From positions 30,938,001 through 31,002,000 of the forward strand of contig OZ024758.1 of NCBI GenBank assembly GCA_964016885.1: DNA of 64,000 nt, given 5' to 3'. Numbering within the stretch: the first letter of the stretch is position 1; each line of letters begins with the position of its first letter. The translations under genes were made by a program, and so were the position numbers. Origin of the DNA: Eledone cirrhosa. Taxonomy: Eukaryota. Below are positions 1 to 14,383 of the stretch, piece after piece. Under the pieces are notes generated by a model. That model had not been told where the DNA came from. It searched no databases and saw only the letters and a program-made list of their open reading frames with translations.

Positions 1-438
1 CATATTTGTGTAATAATATTGCCAGAATTAATAACAGAACACACTCACTGTTTGATTGGTTTTCGCTTCTGTGCCTTTTATATCGGTTAATTTAATTTAT
101 TCGGTCCTCAATGTTGCCATTGACTGACCAACGGTCAACAATACAGATACAATATAGACACAAACACATATATATAGTCGATCAAAGTTCTTTCGTTGCA
201 CATCTGCAACATTGTCAGTAGTGCTATTATGTTTCCTCCCGTTGCATTGTATGCTTACGCCATCTTTATTTAGTCTGTTTATTTATTTATTTATTTGTTT
301 ATTGTTTTTCTCTTCTCTGCGCATGCGTTTGCGTGTGTGTATACTGTTTTGTTTGATGTGTGTTCTTGTTTGGGTGACTGTGTACTGGTTAATGTATTCT
401 ATCTTAGTTTACTAGTGTGTGTTTATATGTGTATGTAT

Positions 439-474
<36 letters not shown>
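1..474 (-). mobile_element. 3' UTR/pseudo-LTR of the same PLE, with a degenerate HHR (CTGACAA core) at about 181-226
   Basis: Similar to 3890-4280 and 9610-10080; minus strand reads ctgacaa-t-gttgca gatg tgcaac-gaaa-gaac. Confidence 0.7.
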
Positions 475-477
<3 letters not shown>

Positions 478-2560
478 TACTTCTCTTAGGTCAGTGTTGT
501 TTGTTTGGGTGTTGTTGTTATTCCATTCATTTTTTCTGTTTAGCCTTGGCCTTCCAAGTTCTATTTCGCTGGCCTCTCTGATTTGCCTATCTGCTGGGTC
601 ATTTCTATGTTTAGATATTCTAATTTCTATGTTGTCTATGTTACCGTTGTGTTGTCTGGCATGTTCGTATAGTACTGAACCGTTTTTCGTCCTTTTAGCC
701 CCCCCCCCCCCCCCCAGTGTTGGTCTATCCTTTCACCTATGCTACGAGCTGTCTCGCCTATGTATGTTGTCATGTTTCTGCAAGTACCCTCTGTACATCT
801 TATGCTATAGACTACGTTTCTAGTTTTACAGTTTATCCGGGGGTTTACTCTACATATGATACATTTCCTATCAGTACAGTGGGTTTTCTTAAAAGGGTAG
901 GTTTTGCTGATCAGGGATTTTTTGGTGGTTCCTGGCTTTTCTACCACCTTAATCTTTAAGTGGGTCTTGTCAGGGCCTTTCTACACTGGTTAGCTAATTT
1001 CCCTCCAGGGGTAGCGTCCACAAACATGACACTCTGGTATCTCTGGTTGTCGTATCATGATGTGGCCTTCCCTATCTTATGTCTAGCCCTATCTAAGCTA
1101 TTCCATGATTTGCTCCTGTATAATGGGAAAATTACTTTCATGTCCAGTTCTATGAGGTTCTTATATTTCTCCGTGGCTCCTTCGTATACTCTGATTCTGT
1201 CTCTTTGGTTGTAGCCAGAGAACTGCATGCGGTTGATGAAGTGTTGGATGTGTCTTTCCATTTCTGTTGGGTCGCACATGCGGGACACGTTCTTCATCAC
1301 TCGTACCAAGTCTGCGATTAGAATATTATACTTAGCACTACTGGACATTGCTGAGTTTTTGAGTATCAGGTATTTGGAGGCCATGGGTTTAGCATAGTGT
1401 GAGTGGAGAATTTGGGCTCTCTCGTCTATAGTGTTAATCCAGAGTTCCGTGTCTAATACAGGTAGTCTATTGTTAGGGGGTTTGGAAGGGTAGTCGATAG
1501 TTACAGTTATACTCTGGTGTATGGAATTAGCTATCTGCTGGATGCTTTCCATCGTGCTACGTTCTAAATCAAACTTGTTAGTGCTCTCTTGTGGGGATGT
1601 CCTTATTACTATATTGATGTCATCTACGTAGCGAGAGTACATGATGAGGTCTATGGAGCTTTCATCAAGGAGATCTTTGAGTCTCCTTTCCTACCATACC
1701 ATAAAAAGGTTGGCAACGTCACCAGCTATGCTGACGCCAATGGCTGCTCCCTCATTTTGGGTGTAGATCTTCTCGTTGAACTTGAATATGTGGCCCTTTA
1801 GGGTAGTTTTGAAACTAGCTCCTATTGCATGTGCGACCATTTTTCTTACCTGATCATTGTTTTGGGGGTCCGTATAGCTTTGGTCCACCCAATCCACCTT
1901 CACATGGGAGTCCTTTTTGCCATTCAGGATATGGGGGGGGGGGGGGTCTACCTCTTATGGGTCTACTGGGGCAAAAACGTCTAAAGTCATGGCTGTCTAG
2001 GTAGTCAGTGTCGTAGGTAAGTCTAAGTAGGAGGCCCAGTTCATCTGTGTCGACGTCGCAGAACTCCACCTCACTCTCAATGATCATCTCCACACATTTT
2101 CCCACAGCAAAATCAATGTTAATGGAAGGGTACAGTGATACCACATCCATGCTGCCTATTATGCAGTTGGATAGGTTCCTGTTTTTGTTGCACTCACTGA
2201 TTCTGCTGAGGAGGTCCTCTGTACTGTCACATACATCTGGGGACATCTTGATTATGGGGCGTATAACCATTGAGAAGAAGTAGGAGATCCTGTAGTTGCT
2301 AGCTATATTTGCTCCGCATACGGGTCTTGTTGGTGGTCCTGTTGTCGGGTCGTCGACTGTCTTGTGGTCTTTGCGGAGCCCATAGAAGGGTGGTATGCCA
2401 TTGTTGGACGCCTGGAAGTTGTTGGCAGTGCGTCTGCTTGGCTTTAGGATGTCAGTCCACATCATCATGTGAGTGTTGAGGATTTTCTCTCTCCCATCAT
2501 GTATTTGCTGTGCAATTTCGATCGTGTTAGTGATGTGGGGTGGCATAGTTATTCGCTACA
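475..2560 (-). pseudogene. Penelope-like retroelement ORF remnant (RT + C-terminal GIY-YIG endonuclease), 5'-truncated and frameshifted
   Basis: Consecutive minus-strand ORFs give FYGLRKDHK..RPVCGA, SMDVVSLYPSI, GAAIGVSIAGDVANLFM, RYVDDI, HYAKPM, VVYSIRC..YIGETARS and REASEIE..PRLNRKNEW; stop at about 475-477. Confidence 0.93.
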
Positions 2561-2571
2561 ATACAACACAC

Positions 2572-2788
<217 letters not shown>

Positions 2789-2911
2789 GGTAAACATTAA
2801 TGCAATTCAATTCAAGCACTCAACGTACTTTTTCCACATAGGAGTGACGGAGTAAATATCGAATAAAGAAAAGCGAAGTAGTTTCAGATGTTCAAATCCT
2901 ATAATAATAAT

Positions 2912-2985
2912 GCTGTGATATATATTTCAGTGACGACACTGGCCACACTGTTCTGTGTGCGAGTGTCATGTCATCATCGGACAGC
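2912..2985 (-). ncRNA. Type I hammerhead ribozyme, variant core CCGAUGA
   Basis: Inverted copy of 3132-3205. Confidence 0.65.
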
Positions 2986-3131
2986 TTGTTACATAATAAG
3001 GTTATGTTTTCGAGGCAATCCAAATTGGATCGACAAGGGAACAGATGAATTGCGTGTTTTGGGGTTTTTCATCCGCTCCCTTGTCGATCCAATATGGATT
3101 GCCTCGGAAACATAACCTTATTATGTAACAA

Positions 3132-3205
3132 GCTGTCCGATGATGACACGACACTCGCACACAGAACAGTGTGGCCAGTGTCGTCATTGAAATATATATC
3201 ACAGC
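3132..3205 (+). ncRNA. Type I hammerhead ribozyme, variant core CCGAUGA
   Basis: gctgt-CCGATGA-tgac...gtca-tt-GAAA-tatata-TC-acagc; stem I gctgt/acagc. Confidence 0.68.
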
Positions 3206-3215
3206 ATTATTATAT

Positions 3216-3412
3216 AAGGCAGTGGATTGGCAGTATCGGTAGAGGGTCGGACGCCATGCTTTGACGCATAGAGTTACGGCCCTTGCCATTCTGAGTTCAA
3301 ATCCCGCCGAGGTTAACTTTGCCTTTCATCCTGACGGGGTCGATAAAATAAAGTACCAGTAATACACTGGATAATTGCTGGCCTTGTGCCTAACGTAGAA
3401 ACAATTATTATT
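3216..3412 (+). mobile_element. tRNA-derived SINE (family A, octopus-type)
   Basis: A-box-like tggcagtatcggt, B-box gagttcaaatcc, body gcctttcatcc..ggggtcgataaaataaagtaccag, (ATT)n tail; many copies in the window. Confidence 0.9.
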
Positions 3413-3450
3413 AAAGGGCTTGAACATCTGAAACTACTTCGCTTTGCTTT

Positions 3451-3496
<46 letters not shown>

Positions 3497-3536
3497 GATA
3501 TTAAATAAATGGAAACTATATTTATAAAACCATATT

Positions 3537-3597
3537 TATTCTATTATATATATTTCAAGGGTACCAAAACTTTGGTACGATTTCATCAGATAAAATA
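3537..3597 (-). ncRNA. Type I hammerhead ribozyme
   Basis: tattttat-CTGATGA-aatc gtaccaaa/tttggtac cctt-GAAA-tatata-TA-atagaata. Confidence 0.75.
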
Positions 3598-3757
3598 CAA
3601 AGTTTGTTTCATAAATTTTGACATAACCAAGAAAAAGATACCTTAACGGTTCAAGTTTTCCTTGGATAGTGAAGGGATAAGAGAAGAAAAGTCAGACATT
3701 TCAAATTATTAAGATGAGTATGCAAATGAGGTTCAGGTATATTGAATATCCCTTTTG

Positions 3758-3832
<75 letters not shown>

Positions 3833-4036
3833 CGTTTCTGAATTTGTTTAGCAAGATTCTTTATCTGAAAACGTGTGTTGAAACCGATATTGTTATACTT
3901 TGGGGGGGTCATGTTGCCAATAAGAAACACACGCACAAGTTGCTTTCACTTCAGTTTATTATATATTTATAAATTTACAAATTTATAAATTTCTGGTTGG
4001 TTGGTTGGTTCCACAACCAGATAGTTGTTTATATAT

Positions 4037-4081
4037 AGTCATAGTTCTTTCGTCACACACTCTGTGACCTCTTCAGTGACT
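4037..4081 (-). ncRNA. Minimal type I hammerhead ribozyme in PLE 3' UTR
   Basis: Inverted copy of 7416-7460. Confidence 0.85.
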
Positions 4082-4280
4082 GGGGATTCCTTTCTTTGTT
4101 TCTGTGCCTCTCCTTTGTTCTGTCCTACGCCATTTTGTTTATGTGTGTGTGTTGTGTGCTCAGTCTGCGCATGCGCCACATCCGGGTGTCTGTGTGTGTT
4201 TATGTTCATTTTTTATTTGTTTATTTACATGTTACTGGTTGGTTGTTTGTTCTATGTGTGTGTGTGTTTTCATTTTGTCC

Positions 4281-6350
4281 TTAATTGTAAGTTGTGATGT
4301 TGCTGTTCCACTCATATTTTCTATTTAATTTTGGTTGTAATTCTTTTATGTTTATTGCCTCTGTAATTTGTCTAAACATTGCGTATTTTCTGTGTGTAGA
4401 TTCTATTTTTATTTCTATGTTCTCTAATTTACTCTTGTGTTCTATTTTAGCATGTTGGTAGAGTACAGATGATTCTTTATTATCTTGAAGGTCTCGCCAG
4501 TGTTCATTTATCCGTTCCCCTACACTACGAGCTGTCTCACCTATGTACACTATATTTTTGTCTCTACATTGTCATTCAGTACATCTTATGCTATACACTA
4601 CATTTCTAGTTTTACAGTTAATATGGGGGCTTATTTTACAGGTTATACATTTCTTATCTATACATGAGGGTCTTTGAAAAGGGTATGTCTTGCTAATAAG
4701 TGTTTTTACGGAGGTACCTGGTCTTTCTACTATCTTAATATTGAGTTTATGTTTATTTAGGGCCCTTCTAAATTTATAAGCTAATTCACCTCTAGGGGTT
4801 GTATCGATGAACATTACACTCTGGTATTTATTGCTATCATACCATGAGTTTATTCTATTAGGCTTGTTCCTAGTTCTTTCTATTCTATTCCAGAATTTGC
4901 TCCTATACAAGGGGCAGGTCCCATTTATGTCATTATTTAGCATTTTTTCCCATTTGGTTCTGGCTCCTCTATACACTCTGATTTTATCTTTCTGATTGTA
5001 GCCAGAGAACTGCATACGGTGGATGAAGTGTTGTATGTGTCTCTCTAGTTCTTCGGGGTTGCACATGCGGGACACATTTCTCATCACCCGTACCAAATCC
5101 GCAATCAGTATGTTGATTTTGGTATGGTCCGAAATGGCCAAGTTTCGGTGAATCAGATGTTTGGAAGTCATGGGTTTGGCATAATGGGAATGGAGGATTT
5201 GTTTTTTGTTGTTAATGGTATCTAACCAGAGCTCTGTGCCTAGTACAGGTAATCGATGGTTGGGGTGTTTACTTGGGTAGTCTATAGTAACTCTAATGCT
5301 CTGGTGGATGGAGTTTGCTATTTGCTGGATGCTTTCCATTGTGTTTTTCTCTAGTTCCTGACTATTCTCTAGTGGGGGTGTCTTAACTACGATGTTTATA
5401 TCATCTACGTAGCGGGAGTACATTATCAGGGTTAAGGGGTCTTCTAATTGTTCTTTAAGTTTAAGTTTAAGTCTACTGTCCCACCATACCATGAATAAGT
5501 TAGCTATGTCGCCTGCAATGCTAACACCAATGGCTGCTCCTTCCTCTTGGGCATATGTTTTTCCATTAAATTTGAACATATGTTCCTTAAGGGTTAGTTT
5601 TATGTTTCCCCTACCGCATGTGCAATCATTTTCTTCAGTTCATCGTGGTTTTCGGGTGTCCGTATGGCTCTGGTCCACCCGTTCCATCCATCTGGGGACA
5701 TTTCACTGATGGGGCGTATGATCAGGGAGAGGAAGTAGGACAGTCTGTAGTTACTAGCAATGTTAGCTCCACAGACTGGCCGTGTTGGTGGTCCCGCGAC
5801 AGGGTCCCAGCCCGTTTTATGGTCTTTTCGAAGCCCATACAACGCCGGCACGTCATTGTTCCAGGCCTGGAAGTTGTTGGCAGTCCTTTTGTTGGGCTGC
5901 ATTATATTCGTCCACATCACCATATGGGCATTGAGGGCTTTTTCTCTATCCTCATGTTCCTGTGGTGTTACCTCTCTTGTGTTAGTGATGTGGGGTTGCA
6001 TTGCCTGGATGTAGTTTGGCAGGCTGTCAACCGACATTCTGCCAGACTTGTCTGTTGGAAAGCATGCTATCTCTCCATTACGTGAGCGTTGCATGAGCTT
6101 ACGCAAGCCATTTGCAAATTTTTCTCCCAGTTATTGGGCCTCCATTCTATTATGCTTCTTGCTATACTGTTCTATAATATTTCTAAGTTCGGATCTAGCT
6201 ATACTAAATTGTGCTTCTGTTTGTTCATCGACCTGCGACGGCAATTGCGTGCGTTTGTTAAATGGTAAAGTCGTGGCGTGGACTCGTCGCAGGTCGAATG
6301 ATTTATCGGAGGGATTATAAAACGTAGAGTTCCAGGCTGCTGCTTTATGT
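4281..6350 (-). pseudogene. PLE RT + GIY-YIG ORF with frameshifts, an internal deletion of RT motif A and an in-frame TGA
   Basis: FDLRRVHATTLPFN, TDKSGRMSV, YGLRKDHK, RYVDDI, VVYSIRCTE*QC..YIGETARS; DVVSLYPSI region missing at about 5688 relative to the element at 475-2560. Confidence 0.93.
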
Positions 6351-7216
6351 GAAACTCGGCCATTTCGGACCATACCAAAATCAACATACTGATTGCGGAT
6401 TTGGTACGGGTGATGAGAAATGTGTCCCGCATGTGCAACCCCGAAGAACTAGAGAGACACATACAACACTTCATCCACCGTATGCAGTTCTCTGGCTACA
6501 ATCAGAAAGATAAAATCAGAGTGTATAGAGGAGCCAGAACCAAATGGGAAAAAATGCTAAATAATGACATAAATGGGACCTGCCCCTTGTATAGGAGCAA
6601 ATTCTGGAATAGAATAGAAAGAACTAGGAACAAGCCTAATAGAATAAACTCATGGTATGATAGCAATAAATACCAGAGTGTAATGTTCATCGATACAACC
6701 CCTAGAGGTGAATTAGCTTATAAATTTAGAAGGGCCCTAAATAAACATAAACTCAATATTAAGATAGTAGAAAGACCAGGTACCTCCGTAAAAACACTTA
6801 TTAGCAAGACATACCCTTTTCAAAGACCCTCATGTATAGATAAGAAATGTATAACCTGTAAAATAAGCCCCCATATTAACTGTAAAACTAGAAATGTAGT
6901 GTATAGCATAAGATGTACTGAATGACAATGTAGAGACAAAAATATAGTGTACATAGGTGAGACAGCTCGTAGTGTAGGGGAACGGATAAATGAACACTGG
7001 CGAGACCTTCAAGATAATAAAGAATCATCTGTACTCTACCAACATGCTAAAATAGAACACAAGAGTAAATTAGAGAACATAGAAATAAAAATAGAATCTA
7101 CACACAGAAAATACGCAATGTTTAGACAAATTACAGAGGCAATAAACATAAAAGAATTACAACCAAAATTAAATAGAAAATATGAGTGGAACAGCAACAT
7201 CACAACTTACAATTAA
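6351..7216 (+). pseudogene. Inverted duplicate of the PLE RT-thumb and GIY-YIG coding region
   Basis: Same translation as the minus-strand copy, including the TGA at 6923-6925. Confidence 0.93.
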
Positions 7217-7415
7217 GGACAAAATGAAAACACACACACACATAGAACAAACAACCAACCAGTAACATGTAAATAAACAAATAAAAAATGAACATAAACA
7301 CACACAGACACCCGGATGTGGCGCATGCGCAGACTGAGCACACAACACACACACAGAAACAAAATGGCGTAGGACAGAACAAAGGAGAGGCACAGAAACA
7401 AAGAAAGGAATCCCC

Positions 7416-7460
7416 AGTCACTGAAGAGGTCACAGAGTGTGTGACGAAAGAACTATGACT
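7416..7460 (+). ncRNA. Minimal type I hammerhead ribozyme in PLE 3' UTR
   Basis: agtca-CTGAAGA-g-gtcaca gagtg tgtgac-GAAA-gaac-TA-tgact. Confidence 0.87.
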
Positions 7461-7638
7461 ATATATAAACAACTATCTGGTTGTGGAACCAACCAACCAA
7501 CCAGAAATTTATAAATTTGTAAATTTATAAATATATAATAAACTGAAGTGAAAGCAACTGGTGCGTGTGTTTCTTATTGGCAACATGACCCTCCCAAAGT
7601 ATAACAATATATACATATATACACATATATATATATAC

Positions 7639-8895
<1,257 letters not shown>

Positions 8896-9023
8896 AAGTT
8901 ATATTTAAAATTGTTGGGTTACAACTAGTAAATATTTATAACTGATATAAAAGCACTCGACAAATATTTGGAGTATATTTACAATATTAAATAAATGGAA
9001 AACTATATTTATAAAACTATATT

Positions 9024-9089
9024 TATTTCATTATATATATTTCGGGGATATCATATTAACAATATGCTATGCCTTCATCAGACAAAATA
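9024..9089 (-). ncRNA. Type I hammerhead ribozyme
   Basis: Inverted copy of 9259-9324. Confidence 0.68.
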
Positions 9090-9258
9090 CAATATAAACA
9101 GTTTTATAGATAAATATATTCGACATACCGTAATAAACATCAACTTCATTTGAAGAGGTTTACTCGAGCAGGTTTACTGCTAGAGTAAACCTCTTCAAAT
9201 GAAGTTGATGTTTATTACGGTATGTCGAATATATTTATCTATAAAACTGTTTATATTG

Positions 9259-9324
9259 TATTTTGTCTGATGAAGGCATAGCATATTGTTAATATGATAT
9301 CCCCGAAATATATATAATGAAATA
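9259..9324 (+). ncRNA. Type I hammerhead ribozyme
   Basis: tattttgt-CTGATGA-aggcata..catatt/aatatg..atcccc-GAAA-tatata-TA-atgaaata. Confidence 0.68.
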
Positions 9325-9357
9325 AATATAGTTTTATAAATATAGTTTTCCATTTAT

Positions 9358-9419
<62 letters not shown>

Positions 9420-9420
<1 letters not shown>

Positions 9421-10290
9421 TGTAAAAGGTAAATAGAAATAACAACACAATCGGTACAGTATATGGAAGGTATATATTAGGTTATCGCCTGATATACCAG
9501 GAATAGGGTCCTAACATTTCGGATGCTAGATCAAAATGTTTTTGTCTGTGACAGCGATGTATTTGTTTTGCAAGTTTTTTTTCATATGAAATCGTGTGTT
9601 AAACAGATATTGTTATATTCCGGGAGGGTTATGTTGTTCTAGTGTTGCCAGAAAAATATAGTAAAACACACTCACAGTTTGGTTTGGCTTTCGTTTCAGT
9701 ATATTTTTATATTTCAATAAATAATTTACCTGGCAATCAATATTATCATTGATTGACAAATAGTTAAAAATATAAATATAAACATAGTTTCTTAAAATTC
9801 TTTCGTCACGCACATCTGCGACCTCATCAGTGGTTTCTGTTTCCTCTCGTTGTGTTCCTGTCATGTTTTCTTATTCTATTTTATTTATTGATTTATTTAT
9901 TGTTGTCCCTTTGCATATTTGTTTCTGTGCGTGTATGCCCTTTCTTCTGTTTGAAATGTGCTGTTGCGTTCCTGTCTCAGTCTGTATGTGCTCGTGTGTT
10001 TATATTCTACCTTTGGTCACTAGTATGTGTTTATGTGTGGGTGTTGTTATTGCATCTGTGTATATATATATTATATCTTAGATTACTATTGTGTGTTGTT
10101 ATTCCATTCATGTTTTCTGTACAGCCTAGGTTTTCTTAATTCTATTTCTGTAGCTTCTCTATATTTGCCTTATTTTGGAGTCATTCGTATGATTAGACAT
10201 TATTTTAATTTCCCTGCTGTCTATATTACCATGCCTTAGTCTGGTGTGTTCATATTGTACTGAATTGTCTCTTTGTCCTTTTAGTTGTCA
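9420..10290 (-). mobile_element. Third, 5'-truncated copy of the PLE family at 1-2560 (GIY-YIG C-terminus, 3' UTR, HHR core at about 9790-9835)
   Basis: Minus translation ..SVQYEH..REATEIELRKPRLYRKHEWNN; ctgatga-g-gtcgca..tgcgtgac-gaaa. Confidence 0.85.
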
Positions 10291-10508
10291 AATTCGCCAA
10301 ATTGTTTCGTAGACTTATCAGTTTATTTATATTTCTAGTTATGTATATATATATATATATATGGAGGAGGTTATAGTTCACTTGAAGCATTGTGTAATGA
10401 GGTATAAACGTTTGAATATGTATAATAAAGCCAAAACAATGCAGGTATGGTCATAGAAAAAAGAATGCAATTGCAAAAGATATTGTTGACAATTCGTCTT
10501 TTATTTCC

Positions 10509-10540
<32 letters not shown>

Positions 10541-10708
10541 AAATATATAAGAACAAAAGATGGTTAAAAGAGTTCCATGTATTTTATTATGGAACTCTTT
10601 TAACCATCTTTTGTTCTTATATATTATGTATACTCCAGTCCTACAAACTGTTCAGTGCTTCTTATCCGATATCTGCATTGCTTTATTGTACTACAATAAA
10701 ACTCACCT

Positions 10709-10710
<2 letters not shown>
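10541..10710 (+). mobile_element. Very short fold-back copy of the tgcgca-HHR family (HHR lost)
   Basis: Arms 10541-10579 and 10589-10626; tail matches 22130-22255 and 61390-61513. Confidence 0.85.
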
Positions 10711-10785
<75 letters not shown>

Positions 10786-10788
<3 letters not shown>

Positions 10789-10979
10789 AAAAAGTATGAC
10801 CCCGATGGCAGAACTCAATCCGTTTCGACGGCTATTTCTGGACTCAGAAATAGCCGTCGAAATGGCTTGAGCTCTGCCGTCGGGGTCATACTTTTTTCCT
10901 ATTACCTACTCTACTACCCTAAGTATTGAGTACTTTGGTGCGTTATGGTCCACCTGGTTCCTTACCACATTTCCTTCGT

Positions 10980-10982
<3 letters not shown>
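10786..10982 (+). mobile_element. About 115-bp hairpin plus 80-bp tail element (gagctc family)
   Basis: Palindrome 10786-10901; copies at 20695, 20927, 32316 and 43885; (TA)n flanks. Confidence 0.88.
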
Positions 10983-11637
<655 letters not shown>

Positions 11638-11649
11638 TAGACACAGACA

Positions 11650-11860
11650 CATTCGCGGTGGAGAATACTTTGCCTCAGAGGACGGTGATCAAGACACGCT
11701 GGATCAGCCACTCCACCTGCGGGCTGCCAACTCCACTCCGATAACAGTGAGTAGGGATGTGGTCCGGAGGGCAAGAATACCGAAAGTCTCCACTGCTACA
11801 GGCTCTACCACAAATCTATCAGAGAGCGGGCAATAGTTGGACAATTCGGCGGGCAGAAGA
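11650..11860 (-). pseudogene. CRE-like non-LTR retrotransposon, restriction-like endonuclease C-terminal remnant
   Basis: [27 protein letters not shown] resembles the CRE consensus P.AVET.G..QR.S.A.QRGNA. Confidence 0.6.
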
Positions 11861-12889
11861 GCTGGTAGCCGAATACACCAGGTTGCCACTAGCGTAGGTG
11901 TCACAGAATTGTAGCAGGTTTTCATAAGATAAGCAAATAAATTTCAAGTTCTCAAACTTGCCAAATTCTTTCATAAACCTATCAATTTATATTTCTAGTT
12001 AATTTATAAGAATTATAATTAAGCATTGAAAGATTGGCGAGATTACAAATTTTCAACCTAGTGCGTGTGATTATATTTGCTACTAGAGAATAAATTATCA
12101 AATATTGAACTGTTGTGCATCGAAATTCCTGATGTGTTGCAGTACCTTGTTTAGCTAAGTGCATGCTTTAGTTTCGTTTCATGAACAAATATATATACTA
12201 GATATTATGGATGAATGTAAATCACAATAGCCCTGACCAGATGAATATTTACATCTAAGCAGTTTAACGTTATGTAATCTATCCATCGAGGTCAGCTTTG
12301 CTTTCATTCATTTCAGGTCGATAAAAAAGTACCGGCGTCGATTCTTCCTCGATATCTCTTTCTCACTTCCCTTCTTTCACTCTTTTTCCTTATCTGGGAG
12401 AAATCTGCTATATTCAAACCTGGAGTGAAGATGGGCTTCGCCAGATTTTAAAATGCTCTAGAAATGCTGTATATCAGAACGGCGTTCAATACGATTCTCT
12501 CAGGAGTTACAGTTAGCATGCTCACTAACCATTATCAATAGTGATGTGAATCCATGAAGTTTATGAAACGAGTTTTCTTTTATCCGTGAGTGTGTGTGCT
12601 GATTCCCAAACTGCCCAGAACTACTATCATGATTGGTATTAGTAATGACGCAAGAAGTGGCTCGCAGTGAGAATAGATTCTAAAATTAAATAATAGAAAT
12701 CAATAAAAGGTAAGTTTATTGATTTTATGTAATGTTGAAATTTTTTCTTGTTTTCACTGCTTTCCTGAAAATATGTTATTCGTTTCCCAGTTGAAGACAT
12801 TTTAACGGCGGAATCTATTTAATCTTTAGTATTTATTTACTATTGTTCAGGATAAATACTTCTTCTCTGTGAAGAAAGTCATTAATTTA

Positions 12890-13450
12890 TATTGGTTTCT
12901 GATTTAGGTACAAGGTCAACAAATTTGGGGGAGGGGAAAGTCGATTAAATCAACCCTAGTACGTTACTGGCACTTTATTTTATTGACCCCTAAAGCTAAC
13001 TTCGGTGGTATTTGAACTGGACATAACTCTATGCCGCAATGCATGTTGTCCGACGCTCTACCGATACTGTCAATTCACCGCCTTTGTTTCTACTTTTGAC
13101 ACAAGGCCAGCAACTATTCCAGTGCATTACTGGACTTTATTTTATTGCCCCGTAAGGATGAAAAGCAAAGCTAGCATCGGCGGGATTTGAACTCAGATCG
13201 TAAAGGGCCATAACTCTATGCTGCAAAGCATGGCGTCTGACGTTCTAATCGAGGATTTAGATTAGATTGTGTGATGTTCATACTTCTGAAAGGAAATAAT
13301 GGTTTCTAATTTAAGCATAAGGCCAGGAAATATAAGGGAAGGTAAAAATCGATTAAATCGACCCCAATATTTGACCAGTACTTTATTTTATCTGAAAGTA
13401 TGAAATACAAAGTTAAAGTGGGTGAGGTATGAACTTAGAACGTAGAAATG
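12890..13450 (-). mobile_element. Cluster of three diverged family-A SINEs
   Basis: acaaggcc..tttattttat..gacccc..aaag..atttgaact motifs repeated three times. Confidence 0.8.
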
Positions 13451-14124
13451 TATTGAATCCCCCTTTTTACTGCTATTTCCAACTTACCATCCTTGTTAGA
13501 TAATAGTATCGTTTGATTAAACAGTGAATAGAAAGTATGGGCTACTCACTCATGGCACACACATTACTCCTAATCAAATGGCTTCAAAAATGGCGATGCG
13601 ATTAAGACGTTTTATTCGTAAGCATGATTTCTGTTGTTCGATGCCACTGCATGACACTTTGGGTTGATTAACGAGGGTCATGATATTCTAGATTTTTGCT
13701 TCACAATTAATATGGATCCCATCGACAATGGGAAGGTGACACTGTCAATATTTTGGGGCAACAGCATAATGAACCTAACGAAGTATTGTCAGAGGGAAAC
13801 AGTAGAGAAATATCTTATAGGAAGCACCGAAAATCAATCCAGTTGAAATTTTCCCAATGCAAAGTGGAAAATGATTCAGAAAGAAATTCTTAAACAAAGC
13901 TGGTTTGAAAGTTCCTCCAAATAAGATATCAACACAAGACGTAGGCAAATTTATGTCAATAATGCAAGGAATATACATTAATTTGTTTGCCTTAATAAAC
14001 CATTTAAAGATTAAGAAATATAAAGAAACAGCACTGGTAGAAATTGAGAATACGTTCAAGTACTTCCAGGAGATGAAGGGAGCAGAACGTCATGACTAGG
14101 AAATAAAGAATATATAAAAACAAA

Positions 14125-14383
14125 CACTAATGCAGGCAAACCTTTTCGAGCAGTGGGCCGCATAGGATGTGGCTCATCATAAGGTGGCTCGCATTGGATG
14201 TGGTACATCATAAGGTGGCTCGCATAGGATGTGGTACATCATAAGGTGGCTCGCATAGGATGTGGTACATCATAAGGTGGGCTGCACTTTTAAAACATTC
14301 AAGGTAATTTTGAAATTAGGCGTGCCATTCAGAAAACTAAACGGGCCGCATGCGTTTCGTAGGCTGCAGTTCGCCCATGACTG
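14125..14383. mobile_element. Degenerate hAT/Charlie-like MITE containing a 31-bp tandem repeat (about 4 copies, 14161-14283)
   Basis: Ends ggcaaacc..gggccgca and cgggccgcatgcg..gcagttcgcccatgactg; unit cataggatgtggtacatcataaggtggctcg. Confidence 0.45.

Larger units (their letters stand above)
2862..3455. mobile_element. Fold-back (palindromic) HHR-bearing non-coding element, right arm interrupted by a SINE
   Basis: Arms about 2862-3049 versus 3068-3213 plus 3413-3455 are reverse complements; flanked by (TA)n. Confidence 0.85.
3831..7610. mobile_element. Penelope-like element with a 1.26-kb inverted duplication of its 3' part, inserted in (TA)n
   Basis: Minus copy 3831-6350; plus copy 6351-7610 is the near-identical reverse complement of 3888-5146; (TA)n on both sides. 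Confidence 0.95.
8893..9366. mobile_element. Fold-back HHR element (family with aaatggaaactatatttataaaa motif)
   Basis: Arms about 8982-9170 and 9177-9366; (TA)n flanks; relatives at 3490, 47550 and 61825. Confidence 0.88.

Noticed and set aside
699-1946. Long C and G homopolymer runs inside the PLE ORF (about 699-715 and 1933-1946) as programmed frameshift sites
   Set aside because: Absent from the paralog where comparable; more simply slippage expansion or sequencing error
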